Shown: positions 1-10,002, counted from the first letter of the stretch. The stretch is DNA of 64,000 bases from Thermoanaerobaculia bacterium (GCA_038245905.1 JBBRRY010000006.1:1-64000), one strand, 5' to 3'. Numbers and translations: made by a program. The notes: generated by a model not told the origin, from the sequence alone.

Positions 1-171
1 CACGAGATTCCACAGCGGCCCCATCGCCCGGCGCCCCTGATCAAGCCGTCTTCGGTCGCAGCGTCCCGTCCTGCGTGGGTGCCTCCTGACGACCACCCGT
101 GGAAGGGGTTCTTGACGGCCGCTAGCGCCAAGGCAGCTCGCCAGCGCCTGCAGCGGGCCGCCCTTCGCTGA
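1..171 (+). CDS. Transposase C-terminal fragment (IS1202/ISNCY-like), truncated by the window start
   Basis: Frame 1 reads HEIPQRPHRPAP...WVPPDDHPWKGF...ALR* (TGA 169-171). The P-x-x-HPW tail is typical of ISNCY/IS1202-group transposases, and an IS-like end follows. Confidence 0.7.
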   Translation, partial: HEIPQRPHRPAPLIKPSSVAASRPAWVPPDDHPWKGFLTAASAKAARQRLQRAALR

Positions 172-304
172 GAATGTCCGCCCTTTTCCACATTTCCACC
201 GCCGTCCACAAAGAGAAAAAGAACCAAAAAGAGAAACGCGGCGGCGACTACGGGTGACATTTCTATCGAGCTATTTCAGGGGACATTTCTAATGTGCGTT
301 GACA
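1..304 (+). mobile_element. Right end of an IS1202/ISNCY-like insertion sequence
   Basis: Ends in ...GTTGACA at 304 (5'-TGTCAAC on the minus strand). GACATTTCTA is directly repeated at 256-265 and 282-291, GC is lower than the flanks, and a transposase tail lies upstream. Confidence 0.7.
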
Positions 305-1647
305 CGGAGAGTTTCCTTACGCAGCACGGTCGCCGAAAAGCCGTCGTGCGTGACGCCGGGAAGGACGCGCACGGTACCGTCTGGCGCAAGGGCCGCCACG
401 AGCGGCACGGGCAGACCAACCGTGTCCGGGACGACGCGGGCGAAATCCGGCCGCGCGCCGAGCAGCGCCTCCACGACATCCTCGTTCTCCTCCCGCTCGA
501 GCGAGCACGTCACGTAGACGAGCGTGCCGCCTGGCGCGACGAGGTCGAGGCCGGCTGCCAGAAGGCGTCGCTGAGTCTCGGCGAAGCCGGCGAGATCCTC
601 CGGCCTCAGGCGAAGGCGTATCTCGGGATTCTTGCGCAGCGTGCCCGTGCCCGAGCAGGGAGCATCGAGTAGGACCGAGGCGAAACGACTTCGCGGCAGG
701 GGCGCTCTCCCAGCGTCCGCACGGACGACGAGCGCTTCTTCGCGGCGGCCCGCCGCGGCGAGATTCGCGGCGAGCCGGCGCGCGCGCGACTTCGTGCGCT
801 CGAGCGCGACGACGCGCCGCGCACGTCCCGTCGCGAGAAGCGCGCGCGTCTTGCCGCCCGGCGCCGCCGCGAGGTCGGCCACGATGTCCGACACGGGGAC
901 CAGCTCTACCATCGCCTGCGCGGCGACGTCGATGACAGCGAGCACGCCGGACGAGACGAGAGGATGCGCGGCGGCGGCCCCGCCCGTGACCGTGAGAGCA
1001 AGCGGGGCCCACGGAGACCGCACGGTCTCGACGCCATCCGCGGCGAGCCGCGCGACGATCTCGTCGAGTGTCCCGGCGCGAGGATCCGCGAGGAGGTCTA
1101 TCGGAGCGTCCTCTTCGTCGGCGGCAAGTGCCGCGCCCGCGGCCGAGGCGCCGAACGCCGCCACCCACCTCGCGACGAGCCATTCCGGATGCGAGGTCTC
1201 GAGCGCGAGGCGGAGGACAGGGTCCGCGCCGGCCGGAAGCACGACGGCGCCCGGGCGCGCCTCCTTTTCGGCCACCTGGCGGAGGACCGCATTCACCAGG
1301 CCCGCCGCCTTCGGCGCGAATCTCTGTGCCGCCGCGACGGTCTCCCCCACCGCCGCGTGCGCGGGGATCCTGTCCATCAAGAGGAGCTGGGCGGCACCGA
1401 GGCGAAGGGCGGCAAGCACGGGCGGATCGAGCGACTCCGGCGCCTGCCGAAGATGGCGGGACAGCACATGGTCGAGGCGGAGCGCGCCCCGCAGGGTCTT
1501 CTTCACGAGCGCCCGCAGGAGGTCGCGATCGCGCGGCGGAAGATTGCGGCCGCGCGCGTCGACGAGGGGCGCCGCGTGAGCGCGATCCCGGGCCACACGC
1601 ACGAGCACCCCGAGCGCCAGCTCCCGCACGGATCGCGGCTCGGCCAT
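289..1647 (-). CDS. rsmB: 16S rRNA m5C967 methyltransferase RsmB/Sun (NusB-like domain + methyltransferase)
   Basis: NusB-like N-terminus (LRLGAAQLLLMDRIPAHAAV), SHPEWL, DLAAAPGGKT, VLLDAPCSGTG and YVTCS motifs. ATG at 1647 overlaps the fmt stop. Confidence 0.93.
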   Translation of the reverse strand: MAEPRSVRELALGVLVRVARDRAHAAPLVDARGRNLPPRDRDLLRALVKKTLRGALRLDHVLSRHLRQAPESLDPPVLAALRLGAAQLLLMDRIPAHAAVGETVAAAQRFAPKAAGLVNAVLRQVAEKEARPGAVVLPAGADPVLRLALETSHPEWLVARWVAAFGASAAGAALAADEEDAPIDLLADPRAGTLDEIVARLAADGVETVRSPWAPLALTVTGGAAAAHPLVSSGVLAVIDVAAQAMVELVPVSDIVADLAAAPGGKTRALLATGRARRVVALERTKSRARRLAANLAAAGRREEALVVRADAGRAPLPRSRFASVLLDAPCSGTGTLRKNPEIRLRLRPEDLAGFAETQRRLLAAGLDLVAPGGTLVYVTCSLEREENEDVVEALLGARPDFARVVPDTVGLPVPLVAALAPDGTVRVLPGVTHDGFSATVLRKETLRVNAH

Positions 1648-2597
1648 CAGCCCCAGCTCTCGCCGACTAGGACGCGCTCGCCGCGGACGAATTCGGCCGC
1701 GGTCAACGCGCGGCGCCCCTCCGCCTGCAGCGTCGCCACGGCGACCGCGCCTTCTCCGCACGCGACGACGAGGCGACCTCCGGCCTCGAGAACCGTTCCC
1801 GGGAGAGATGCTTCTGCTCGGACGCGCACCTGCCCGCTTTCCGCTTCGAGCGAGAGGCCCGAGAGCTTCACCCTCGTATTTCTTCGAGTGGTAAAGAGTC
1901 CGGGCCAGGGCGTGAAGGCTCTCGCGCGACGGATCAGCTCGGTTGCCGGCCGCGTCCAGTCGACGCGGGCGTCTTCGCGGGTAATCTTCGGGCAGGACGT
2001 GGCGAGAGAGTCATCTTGAGGAACGGCCTCTTTCCTCTCTTCACCTTCTAAGAAATCCAACGTCTCGATCAGCGCATTCGCGCCAATTTCAGCGAGGCGG
2101 CTGCCAAGCTCTTCAGCAGACTCTTCCTCCCCGATCCGTGTCTCACGCATCGTGTAGACGGGCCCGGTGTCCATCCCAGCGTCCATCTTCATGATCGAAA
2201 CGCCCGTGACGGCGTCCCCCGCGAGGACCGAGGCCTGAACGGGCGAGGCCCCGCGCCAGCGTGGGAGGAGCGAGCCATGAACGTTTACGCATCCCAGACG
2301 CGGAAGGTCCAGCACTCTTTGGGCGAGGATCTTTCCGTAAGCAGCGACGACGAACACGTCCGCTCCCACGGCCGAAAGCCGCGCGACCGCCGCGTCGTCT
2401 TTCAGCGTGGGCGGCTGGAAGACTTGCATCCCCAGCGACTTCGCCCGCGCGGCGACGGGCGGATCCGTGACCTCGCCCCGTCGCCCGACCGGCTTCCCCG
2501 GCTGCGAGACGACGAGGGCGAGGGTGTGGCCCGCGTCACGAAGAGACTCCAGGCTCGGCAGCGCGAAAGACGGCGATCCGAAAAAAACGACTTGCAC
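1647..2597 (-). CDS. fmt: Methionyl-tRNA formyltransferase
   Basis: VVFFGSPSFA, VVAAYGKIL, NVHGSLLPRWRGASP and MDAGMDTGP motifs; fmt-rsmB synteny. Confidence 0.97.
   Translation of the reverse strand: MQVVFFGSPSFALPSLESLRDAGHTLALVVSQPGKPVGRRGEVTDPPVAARAKSLGMQVFQPPTLKDDAAVARLSAVGADVFVVAAYGKILAQRVLDLPRLGCVNVHGSLLPRWRGASPVQASVLAGDAVTGVSIMKMDAGMDTGPVYTMRETRIGEEESAEELGSRLAEIGANALIETLDFLEGEERKEAVPQDDSLATSCPKITREDARVDWTRPATELIRRARAFTPWPGLFTTRRNTRVKLSGLSLEAESGQVRVRAEASLPGTVLEAGGRLVVACGEGAVAVATLQAEGRRALTAAEFVRGERVLVGESWG
2027..2058 (+). repeat. Dispersed pyrimidine-flanked TTCTAAGAA element, copy in fmt
   Basis: CCTCTTTCCTCTCTTCACCTTCTAAGAAATCC. 2037-2056 is the exact reverse complement of 44997-45016, and 2041-2058 is identical to 40133-40150. 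Confidence 0.85.
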
Positions 2598-2686
2598 GGT
2601 GACAGTGTATCGACACGAAACCCAGTTTTCCCTCTAGAATGCGCACATCCCGACTCGGGAGCGAATTGAAGAAAGGACGGAATCAA

Positions 2687-2974
2687 ATGGCTGGAATGAC
2701 GAAATCGCAGATCGCGGAGCACCTCGCGGAGAAGTCGGGCCTCACCAAGAAGGCTTCGGCGCAGTTTCTCGAGGAGCTCGCCGCGCTTGCCTACAAGCAG
2801 GCGAAGAACTCCTTCACGATGCCAGGTCTCGGCAAGCTCGTGCTCGTGAACCGCAAGGCACGCATGGGCCGCAACCCCGCGACCGGTGAAGCGATCAAGA
2901 TCCCGGCGAAGCGCGTCGTGAAGTTCCGCGTCGCGAAAGCCGCCAAAGACGCGATCCTCGGCGCGAAAAAGTAG
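2687..2974 (+). CDS. hup: HU-family DNA-binding protein
   Basis: MTKSQIAEHLAEKSGLTKK...GLGKL..RKARMGRNPATGEAIKIPAK; AAAGGA RBS before ATG 2687. Confidence 0.95.
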   Translation: MAGMTKSQIAEHLAEKSGLTKKASAQFLEELAALAYKQAKNSFTMPGLGKLVLVNRKARMGRNPATGEAIKIPAKRVVKFRVAKAAKDAILGAKK

Positions 2975-2986
2975 CGCGGAGGGGTT

Positions 2987-3011
2987 TGCCCGCGGCCTCG
3001 TGCCGCGGGCA
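2987..3011. terminator. GC hairpin between convergent hup and ftsK (likely bidirectional terminator)
   Basis: TGCCCGCGGC-CTCGT-GCCGCGGGCA, a perfect 10-bp stem with no clear U-tract. Confidence 0.6.
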
Positions 3012-3021
3012 TCCCGCTCTC

Positions 3022-5457
3022 TCACGACCGTCTGTTGCGGTCGATTTCCTCGAAGTAGTCCGTCGGGACGAGAATCTCGCGGCTCCTGCTCCCGCCCGCG
3101 GGCGGTCCCACGATCCCGTCGCGCTGCATCATGTCGATGAGCTTGCCGGCACGGGAGAACCCGATTTCGAGCCGCCGTTGCAGGAACGAGATGGACGCCA
3201 TGCGCTCGCGCACGACGAGCCGGGCCGCTTGGTCGTACATCTGGTCCGCGTCGCTTTCGTCGGACCGCATGCCGTTGGCCGCGGCCTGTGCTTCGCGGTC
3301 CACCGTCACGGTCTCGTCGTAAATCGGCTTGCCCTGCTTCTTCAGGAAACGGCAGATCTCTCTCGTCTCCTCGCCGCTGATGAAGCCACCGTGCACCCGC
3401 ATCAGATAGGACGTCCCCGCCGCGAGATAGAGCATGTCGCCCTGGCCCAGGAGCGACTCGGCTCCCATGGAATCGAGGATGGTCCTTGAGTCGATCTTGG
3501 TCCGCGTCGTGTAGGAGACGCGACACGGGAGGTTCGCCTTGATCGTGCCCGTGATGACGTCCACGGACGGCCGCTGCGTGGCGAGGATGAGATGCACGCC
3601 GACGGCGCGGGCCTTCTGGGCGAGCCGCGCGACGGATTCCTCGATCTCGCGGGGGGCCGTCATCATGAGGTCCGCCAGCTCGTCGATCACGATGACGATG
3701 TACGGCATCGGCGCGATGACGCCGTTCTCGTCCGCCTTCAGCCGGTCGCCGATCTTCTCTCTCACCTCGGCGAGTGAGCGCGGGTCGCGAATCGCCGCGT
3801 TGTACTGCTCGATGTTGCGGACACCGGGCCACTCCGAGAGGAGCTTGTAGCGGCCCTCCATCTCGTCCACGGCCCACTTGAGCGCGTTCGCGGCCTTTTT
3901 CGGGTCCGTGATGACGGGCACGAGAAGGTGCGGGAGATCTTCGTAGTCCTTGAAGTCGTTCATCTTCGGGTCCACGAAGATGAACTTGACCTCGTCCGGG
4001 CGGGCCTTGAAGAGGATGGACGTGATCATGCCCGTCACGCCCACGCTCTTGCCCGCGCCCGTCTGCCCCGCGACGAGGAGGTGCGGCATCCGCGCGAGGT
4101 CCGACACGATGGGCTCGCCGTGCACGTCGATTCCGAGCGCGATCGTGAGGAGCGAGGGCGAGCGCCGGAACTTCTCGCTCTCGATCACCTCGCGGAGCGC
4201 GATGAGGTCGCGGTTCTTGTTCGGGACCTCGATTCCGACCGCGGCCCGGCCCGCCATGCGCTCGATGCGCACCTTCTCGGCCGCGAGCGCGAGCGCGAGG
4301 TCGTTCTCGAGGGACGTCACCTGAGAAACCTTCACGCCCTGCGACGGCTTGAATTCGTACGTCGTGACGACCGGCCCCGGCGTGTAAGCGTCCACCGTGC
4401 CCTCGACTCCGAATTCGAGGCACTTGGCCGCGATGAGCTCCATCGTCTGCCGGAACTCCTCGCGATCGCTCTCGCGGTCCCTCTTCGGGGCGGCGCGCAA
4501 CAGCTTGATGGGCGGGAACACCCAGCCCGAGGAATCGCGCTGCGCGGGGAAAGGCAGAATCCGCTGCGGCGCATCGGCCTTCTTCTCGAGCCGGGCCGGC
4601 CGCGCGATGGGCCGAGGCGACTCGAGCTCGGCGCCGCCCGCCTTCTGGATCGAGAACCGGCCCGCGCCCGCCCGTTCCTTGACGCGAAGCGTGGCCACCG
4701 ACGGGATGTAGACGACGTCCCCCTCCGGCTCAGCGGTTTTTTCGGGCGCGGGACGCGCGGCATCTTCCTTGGCGCGCTCGAGGTGCTTCTTCACGACGTC
4801 CCGCCTCTGCTTTTCCTTGGCTGCCTGCTCGCGCGTCCGGCGGCGCTCCAGGACGAAGCCCCGCCACCAGCCGGAGAAACGGAGGCCCGCGCTCGAGAGG
4901 CCGTCCCCGAGCGAGAGGGAGGTCGAGAGCAGAAGGCCGATCAGGAGCCCCGCGGAGAGGAGGATCGCCGCGCCGGGCGGGTTGAGAGCCGAGACCGCGA
5001 ACGAACCGAGGAGGTCCCCCACGAAGCCGCCTGCGTCGAGACCGCCGCCGAACGTTCGGGGGCGCCCGAGCGCAAGATGCGAAAGGGGGGCGAGCGTGAG
5101 GACGACGAGGAGGACGCCGAGGCCCTTCGTCCCCCAGGCACCGACCGGCCGCGACAGGAACCGCCGGCATCCGACGACGAGGAGCACGAGCGGGGCGACA
5201 AACGCGGCTACGCCGAAGAACTGGAGGCTTCCATCTGCGAAGGAGGCGCCGAGACGGCCCGCCCAATTGCGAGGCCGGACCCCCTGGTCGTTGACGGCGG
5301 AGAAGAGCGAGGGATCATTCGGGTGATACGACAGGAGCGCCGCGAGGAGGAGGAGACCCACGGCGAAGAGAGCGATACCGAGGAATTCGTCGCGCCGCCG
5401 CGCAAGCGCGGACGGCGGCAGCACGGGCCTCGAGGCCGGTGAGGCGGCGGGTGCCAT
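3022..5457 (-). CDS. ftsK: DNA translocase FtsK
   Basis: N-terminal 4TM domain (NWAGRLGA), PHLLVAGQTGAGKS, IVIDELADLMM, LATQRPS and a C-terminal gamma domain (SISFLQRRLEIGFSRAGKLID). Confidence 0.97.
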   Translation of the reverse strand: MAPAASPASRPVLPPSALARRRDEFLGIALFAVGLLLLAALLSYHPNDPSLFSAVNDQGVRPRNWAGRLGASFADGSLQFFGVAAFVAPLVLLVVGCRRFLSRPVGAWGTKGLGVLLVVLTLAPLSHLALGRPRTFGGGLDAGGFVGDLLGSFAVSALNPPGAAILLSAGLLIGLLLSTSLSLGDGLSSAGLRFSGWWRGFVLERRRTREQAAKEKQRRDVVKKHLERAKEDAARPAPEKTAEPEGDVVYIPSVATLRVKERAGAGRFSIQKAGGAELESPRPIARPARLEKKADAPQRILPFPAQRDSSGWVFPPIKLLRAAPKRDRESDREEFRQTMELIAAKCLEFGVEGTVDAYTPGPVVTTYEFKPSQGVKVSQVTSLENDLALALAAEKVRIERMAGRAAVGIEVPNKNRDLIALREVIESEKFRRSPSLLTIALGIDVHGEPIVSDLARMPHLLVAGQTGAGKSVGVTGMITSILFKARPDEVKFIFVDPKMNDFKDYEDLPHLLVPVITDPKKAANALKWAVDEMEGRYKLLSEWPGVRNIEQYNAAIRDPRSLAEVREKIGDRLKADENGVIAPMPYIVIVIDELADLMMTAPREIEESVARLAQKARAVGVHLILATQRPSVDVITGTIKANLPCRVSYTTRTKIDSRTILDSMGAESLLGQGDMLYLAAGTSYLMRVHGGFISGEETREICRFLKKQGKPIYDETVTVDREAQAAANGMRSDESDADQMYDQAARLVVRERMASISFLQRRLEIGFSRAGKLIDMMQRDGIVGPPAGGSRSREILVPTDYFEEIDRNRRS

Positions 5458-6332
5458 CAGGGAACGACCTTCAAGTCGCCGGCGAGGCCGCTCGAAAGCG
5501 AATCCCCGTAAACGATGAGCAGAAATCCCAGGACGCCGCAGTACGCGACGAATGCGCGGAGGCGCATCGACACGACCACTTTCAGGAGAAAGCCGACGGC
5601 AAAGTACCCGACGACCGCCGCGACGACCATCCCGGCGACATACGCCGGCAGCGCTTTCCCTTCGAAGACCGGACCGACGCGATGGCGGTAGGCGTGGAGG
5701 TTCTCGACGGCCGCGGCCGCCAGGATCGTCGGGATCGACAGCAGGAACGAGAACTCCGCCGCCGCCCGGCGCGAAAGGCCGGTGAAGAGGCCGACGGAGA
5801 TCGTGTTTCCCGACCGCGAGAAGCCGTGCAGCACCGCCGAGACCGACTGACAGGCGCCGATGAGGGCCGCATCACGGGGGCGCATCTCTTCGAGCGTGCG
5901 TCCGCCCTCTCCGCGCGCGTCTCCAACGCGCTGCGCGACGAAAAGGAGCACGGACGTCGCGACGAGCGCAAATCCCATCCGCCGGAATTCCGTCATGCCC
6001 TCGATTGCAAACTGCTTCAAGGGGAGCGTCACGGCACCCGTGAGGGCCACCGCGATCACGAGCAGGGAGACGAGCTTCCATGCCTGCCGCCGCTCGGCCG
6101 GGTCGGCCGAGACGAGCCCGGCAAACGTCGCGCCGATCCGCGATCGAAAGTAGACGACGACGGCGAAGAGCGTCCCGACGTGCAGCAGGACGTCGAAGAG
6201 GATCCCGGGCTGCGCAAAGCCGGGAAGAAAACGCTGCGCGAGCGCCAAGTGCGCCGTCGACGAGACGGGCAGGAACTCCGTCAGGCCCTGCACGATGCCG
6301 AGCAGGACGGCCTGACCGACGGTCACCGACAT
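5457..6332 (-). CDS. uppP: Undecaprenyl-diphosphatase UppP/BacA
   Basis: LGIVQGLTEFLPVSSTAHL, GFSRSG and AAEFSFLLSIP motifs. Confidence 0.95.
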   Translation of the reverse strand: MSVTVGQAVLLGIVQGLTEFLPVSSTAHLALAQRFLPGFAQPGILFDVLLHVGTLFAVVVYFRSRIGATFAGLVSADPAERRQAWKLVSLLVIAVALTGAVTLPLKQFAIEGMTEFRRMGFALVATSVLLFVAQRVGDARGEGGRTLEEMRPRDAALIGACQSVSAVLHGFSRSGNTISVGLFTGLSRRAAAEFSFLLSIPTILAAAAVENLHAYRHRVGPVFEGKALPAYVAGMVVAAVVGYFAVGFLLKVVVSMRLRAFVAYCGVLGFLLIVYGDSLSSGLAGDLKVVP

Positions 6333-6366
6333 CGAGGAATTGTAGCAGCGGAATGAGCGATTTAGG

Positions 6367-7182
6367 CTATTTGCCGGGTGGACCGAGCCGCGGGGCGAGC
6401 GCGTGGAACACGTCCAGGGAAAGTGTCTCCGCCCGGGCGGTCGGAGGCAGCCCCGCTTCCGCCACGGCGCGGACGGCGCGCTCGCGCCCCCACAGCGGCG
6501 ACAGCGCGTTCACGAGCGTCTTGCGCCTCGACGTGAATCCGGCCGAAGCCACGCGAAGCGCCTCGTCCGTGCCCGCCTCGGCGGCGTGCGGCACCAGCTC
6601 GAGAACCGACGACTTCACCTTGGGCGGCGGCGAGAAGTCGCCGCGCGATACGTCGAAGAGGCGCCGGGCGGACGCATGCGCGCCGACGTCGAGGGTCAGA
6701 AACCCGAACGCGTCCCCGCCGGGCGGCGCGACGATGCGGTCCGCGACTTCCTTCTGGATCATGACGACGAGGCGCGAGAACAGATCCGGCCGCCGAACGA
6801 ACGCGCGCAGCATCGGGGTCGCGCTCTCGTACGGGAGATTGCCGAGAAACGGCACGGGCGGCGCCGCTCCAACCCGGGAGAGCGCTTCCGCCACGTCGGC
6901 ATGGAGGGCATCCTGTGTCTCGACGAAGAGCGCCCGCTCCGCGAGCTCCAGCGATAGGCGAGCCGCGAGCACGGGATCGATCTCGAAGGCGAGGATGCGG
7001 GCGCCCCGGTCGAGGAGCGGCCGGGTGAGCGCGCCGCGGCCCGGACCCACCTCGACGACGGTCTCTCCTTCGCGCGCTCCGAGGCCATCGAGAATTTTTT
7101 CCACGGTGGCCGTGTTTACGAGAAAGTGTTGACCCCAGCGAGCCCGTGAGGATCTCGCGCTTGACGCTCTCACGGACCTCAC
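6367..7182 (-). CDS. rsmA: 16S rRNA adenine dimethyltransferase RsmA/KsgA
   Basis: WGQHFL, VEVGPGRGALT, GNLPY, MIQKEVADR and FSPPPKVKS motifs. Start uncertain (GTG 7182 or 7173). Confidence 0.95.
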   Translation of the reverse strand: MRSVRASSARSSRARWGQHFLVNTATVEKILDGLGAREGETVVEVGPGRGALTRPLLDRGARILAFEIDPVLAARLSLELAERALFVETQDALHADVAEALSRVGAAPPVPFLGNLPYESATPMLRAFVRRPDLFSRLVVMIQKEVADRIVAPPGGDAFGFLTLDVGAHASARRLFDVSRGDFSPPPKVKSSVLELVPHAAEAGTDEALRVASAGFTSRRKTLVNALSPLWGRERAVRAVAEAGLPPTARAETLSLDVFHALAPRLGPPGK

Positions 7183-7252
7183 CCTACCATCTAAGATCGC
7201 GCTCGGATCTCCCCGCCGCGATCCAAAGGCTGCCCAGAAAGGACCCCCACAC

Positions 7253-7582
7253 ATGTCCGCAAACGTCCTCGAGCTGAACGAAGGTTCGTTCGAAGCCACC
7301 GTCCTCAAGAGCGCCAAACCCGTCCTCGTGGACTTCTGGGCCGTCTGGTGCGGCCCCTGCCGGCAGGTGGGGCCGATCGTCGAGTCGCTCGCCGCGAAGT
7401 GGGGCGACAAGGTCACCGTCGCGAAGCTGAACGTCGACGACGTGCCGTCCGTGGCGGAGCGCTACGGGATCATGTCCATCCCGACGCTCATGCTCTTCAA
7501 GGGCGGCCAGATCGTCGAGCGCGTCGTCGGCGTGTCGCCGCAGGCCTCCCTCGAGAAGAAGTTCGAGCCCCACCTCAACTGA
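7253..7582 (+). CDS. trxA: Thioredoxin
   Basis: VLVDFWAVWCGPCR active site; SIPTL. Confidence 0.97.
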   Translation: MSANVLELNEGSFEATVLKSAKPVLVDFWAVWCGPCRQVGPIVESLAAKWGDKVTVAKLNVDDVPSVAERYGIMSIPTLMLFKGGQIVERVVGVSPQASLEKKFEPHLN

Positions 7583-7602
7583 ACGGTCGGACAGCGCCGG
7601 CG

Positions 7603-7974
7603 CTACTTGAGGGGCGCCGCTTCTTCTGGCCCCGGAAGAATCTTCCGAGCTACGGGACCATCCGGTTCGTCCTCGTAGAAGATCCTCAGACGGACCCCGC
7701 GCCTGGGGGCCGCAGTGATCTCCGTCTTGCCGTCGATCCGGAAGGCCCGGCCCGGCTGGCCGACCTCCGAGAGGACGACGTAGGCGCCCGGCTCGTATCG
7801 GAGGCACGAACCCGCCGCCCGCAGTAACGGCACCGGAGTCGGCGTCGCGGTCGGTGCCGGAGTCGCCGCCGGAGTCGGTTTCTTCTTCTTCTTCGTGGCG
7901 CCCGAAGCGGGCAGCGCGAGCAGGAGGCCGGCCAGCGCAAGGCAGACGGCGCGGAGGAACGGAAGAAGAGCCAT
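7603..7974 (-). CDS. Small secreted hypothetical protein
   Basis: Signal peptide MALLPFLRAVCLALAGLLLALPASG, then a KKKKK/PT-rich linker and a small beta-rich domain. Confidence 0.65.
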   Translation of the reverse strand: MALLPFLRAVCLALAGLLLALPASGATKKKKKPTPAATPAPTATPTPVPLLRAAGSCLRYEPGAYVVLSEVGQPGRAFRIDGKTEITAAPRRGVRLRIFYEDEPDGPVARKILPGPEEAAPLK

Positions 7975-8077
7975 TCGCGACCCAGCATATGCCGTCGGCA
8001 TCCCCCTTGCTGTAACCGACTTGCGGCCGTTCGCCGATGCCGATTCGGCGTCGAAATGAGGCCTTCGAAGGGACAGG

Positions 8078-9112
8078 ATGACGACGACCACGATCCCCGC
8101 CACCCCCGCATCGGGCCTCGACCCGGCCGCCCTCACGGAGAGAATCCGCGAGAAATCGCTGCTCGTCGGGGCTCTCCTGACGGAAATTCGCAAGGTGATC
8201 GTCGGCCAGGGCGGCCTCATCGACCGCCTGACGATCGGCCTCCTCGCGGACGGCCACTTGCTTCTGGAGGGCGTCCCCGGCCTCGCCAAGACGCTGGCCG
8301 TCAGGACCCTCGCGCGCGGCCTCGACGCCTCGTTCTCCCGCATTCAGTTCACGCCGGACCTCCTGCCGGCCGACCTCATCGGGACGCTCGTCTTCAACCC
8401 GAAGACGCAGGAGTTCGTCGCGCGGCGCGGCCCCGTGTTCGCGAACCTCGTCCTCGCGGATGAGATCAACCGCGCCCCCGCCAAGGTGCAGTCCGCGCTT
8501 CTCGAGGCCATGCAGGAGAGGCAGGTGACGGTCGGTGACACGACGACGCCCCTGCCGGACCCGTTCCTGGTCCTCGCGACCCAGAACCCCATCGAGCACG
8601 AAGGCACGTATCCGCTGCCCGAAGCCCAGGTCGACCGCTTCCTCATGAAGCTGACGGTCGGCTACCCCACGAAGGCCGAGGAGCGCCTGATCCTCGACCG
8701 AATGGGCGACACAACCGAGGCCGAAGCGTCTGCCTCCGTGCGGCCCGTGCTCACGCCGGAAGCGATCCGCGAGCTCCGCGTCCTCGTGCGCAGCATCTAT
8801 GCCGACGAACGCATCAAGGGCTATCTCGTGGAGCTCGTGGCCGCCACGCGCGACCCGAAGGCGTACGGCCTGTCGGATCTCGCGGACTTCGTGTCGTACG
8901 GCGCTTCGCCGCGCGCCACGCTCGCTCTCCTCGCGACGGCGCGCGCGCGCGCCTTCCTCGCGGGCCGAGGCTACGTCGTGCCGGAGGACGTCAAGGACGT
9001 CGCGCCGGACGTGCTGCGTCACCGCGTCCTCCTCTCGTACGAGGCCGAGGCCGAGAACGTGACGAGCGACCAGGTCGTCAAGAGGCTGCTCGAGCGGGTC
9101 GAAGTGCCCTGA
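8078..9112 (+). CDS. moxR: MoxR-family AAA+ ATPase
   Basis: HLLLEGVPGLAKT, RIQFTPDLLPAD, DEINRAPAKVQSALLEAMQE, ATQNPIE and GASPRA motifs. Confidence 0.96.
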   Translation: MTTTTIPATPASGLDPAALTERIREKSLLVGALLTEIRKVIVGQGGLIDRLTIGLLADGHLLLEGVPGLAKTLAVRTLARGLDASFSRIQFTPDLLPADLIGTLVFNPKTQEFVARRGPVFANLVLADEINRAPAKVQSALLEAMQERQVTVGDTTTPLPDPFLVLATQNPIEHEGTYPLPEAQVDRFLMKLTVGYPTKAEERLILDRMGDTTEAEASASVRPVLTPEAIRELRVLVRSIYADERIKGYLVELVAATRDPKAYGLSDLADFVSYGASPRATLALLATARARAFLAGRGYVVPEDVKDVAPDVLRHRVLLSYEAEAENVTSDQVVKRLLERVEVP

Positions 9113-9117
9113 CGGCC

Positions 9118-10002
9118 GTGCTGCCCCGCGAGATCGTCCGCAAGCTCCACCGCATCCGCATCCGGACGAACCGGCTGGTGGATGCGGGCGTGGGCGGCGA
9201 ATACCATTCGGTCTTCCGGGGCCGCGGCATGGAGTTCGCGGAGGTGCGGGAGTACGTGCCCGGCGACGACGTCCGGACGATCGACTGGAACGTGACGGCG
9301 CGGACGGGCACCCCGCACGTGAAGAAATTCACCGAGGAGCGGGACCTCACGGTCCTCCTGCTCCTCGACCTCTCGGCTTCTCAGGGATTCGGCTCGCAGT
9401 ACCTCACGAAGCGAGAGCTGATGGCCGAGCTCGCGGCGCTCCTCGCGTTCGCCGCCGTCAAGAACCACGACCGCGTCGGCGCGCTCCTCTTCACGGATCG
9501 TCTCGAGCGCTATCACCCGCCGCGCAAGGGCGTCGACCACGTGCTCGCGATCACGCGTGACGCGCTCTCGCTCGCGCCCGTGGGCCGGGGAACCGATCTC
9601 TCGCTCGCGCTCCGGAGCGCCGCATCGCTCCTCAAGCAACGCGCGGTCGTCTTCGTCGTGTCGGACTTCCTCGCCGCCGGGTACGAGAAGGCGATCAAAA
9701 CCCTGAACAAGCGCCACGACGTCGTCGCGATCCCGATCAGCGATCCCCGGGAGCAGATCCTCCCGTCCGCGGGCCTCGTGCGCCTGCGCGACGCCGAAAC
9801 CGGCGTCACGGGCGTCTTCGACACCACCGACCGGGCGTTTCAGGAAGCGTGGGGGCGGCGCCGGGCCGGCCTGCCCGAGCCGGCGGCGATCTTCCGCTCC
9901 TCCGGCATCGACTCGATCCCGCTCCGGACCGACGCATCCTACGAACTGCCCCTCGTGCGCTTCTTCAAGGCGCGCGAGAAACGCAAGGCGGCGGGGAGAT
10001 GA
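9118..10002 (+). CDS. DUF58 (VWA-like) protein
   Basis: GMEFAEVREYVPGDDVRTIDWNVTAR and VVSDF motifs; follows moxR. Confidence 0.93.
   Translation: MLPREIVRKLHRIRIRTNRLVDAGVGGEYHSVFRGRGMEFAEVREYVPGDDVRTIDWNVTARTGTPHVKKFTEERDLTVLLLLDLSASQGFGSQYLTKRELMAELAALLAFAAVKNHDRVGALLFTDRLERYHPPRKGVDHVLAITRDALSLAPVGRGTDLSLALRSAASLLKQRAVVFVVSDFLAAGYEKAIKTLNKRHDVVAIPISDPREQILPSAGLVRLRDAETGVTGVFDTTDRAFQEAWGRRRAGLPEPAAIFRSSGIDSIPLRTDASYELPLVRFFKAREKRKAAGR

Noticed and set aside
305-325. GGAGAGTTTCCTTACG next to the IS end as an element copy or IS target
   Set aside because: Only loosely similar (no TTCnnnGAA core); not enough to link the IS to the element.
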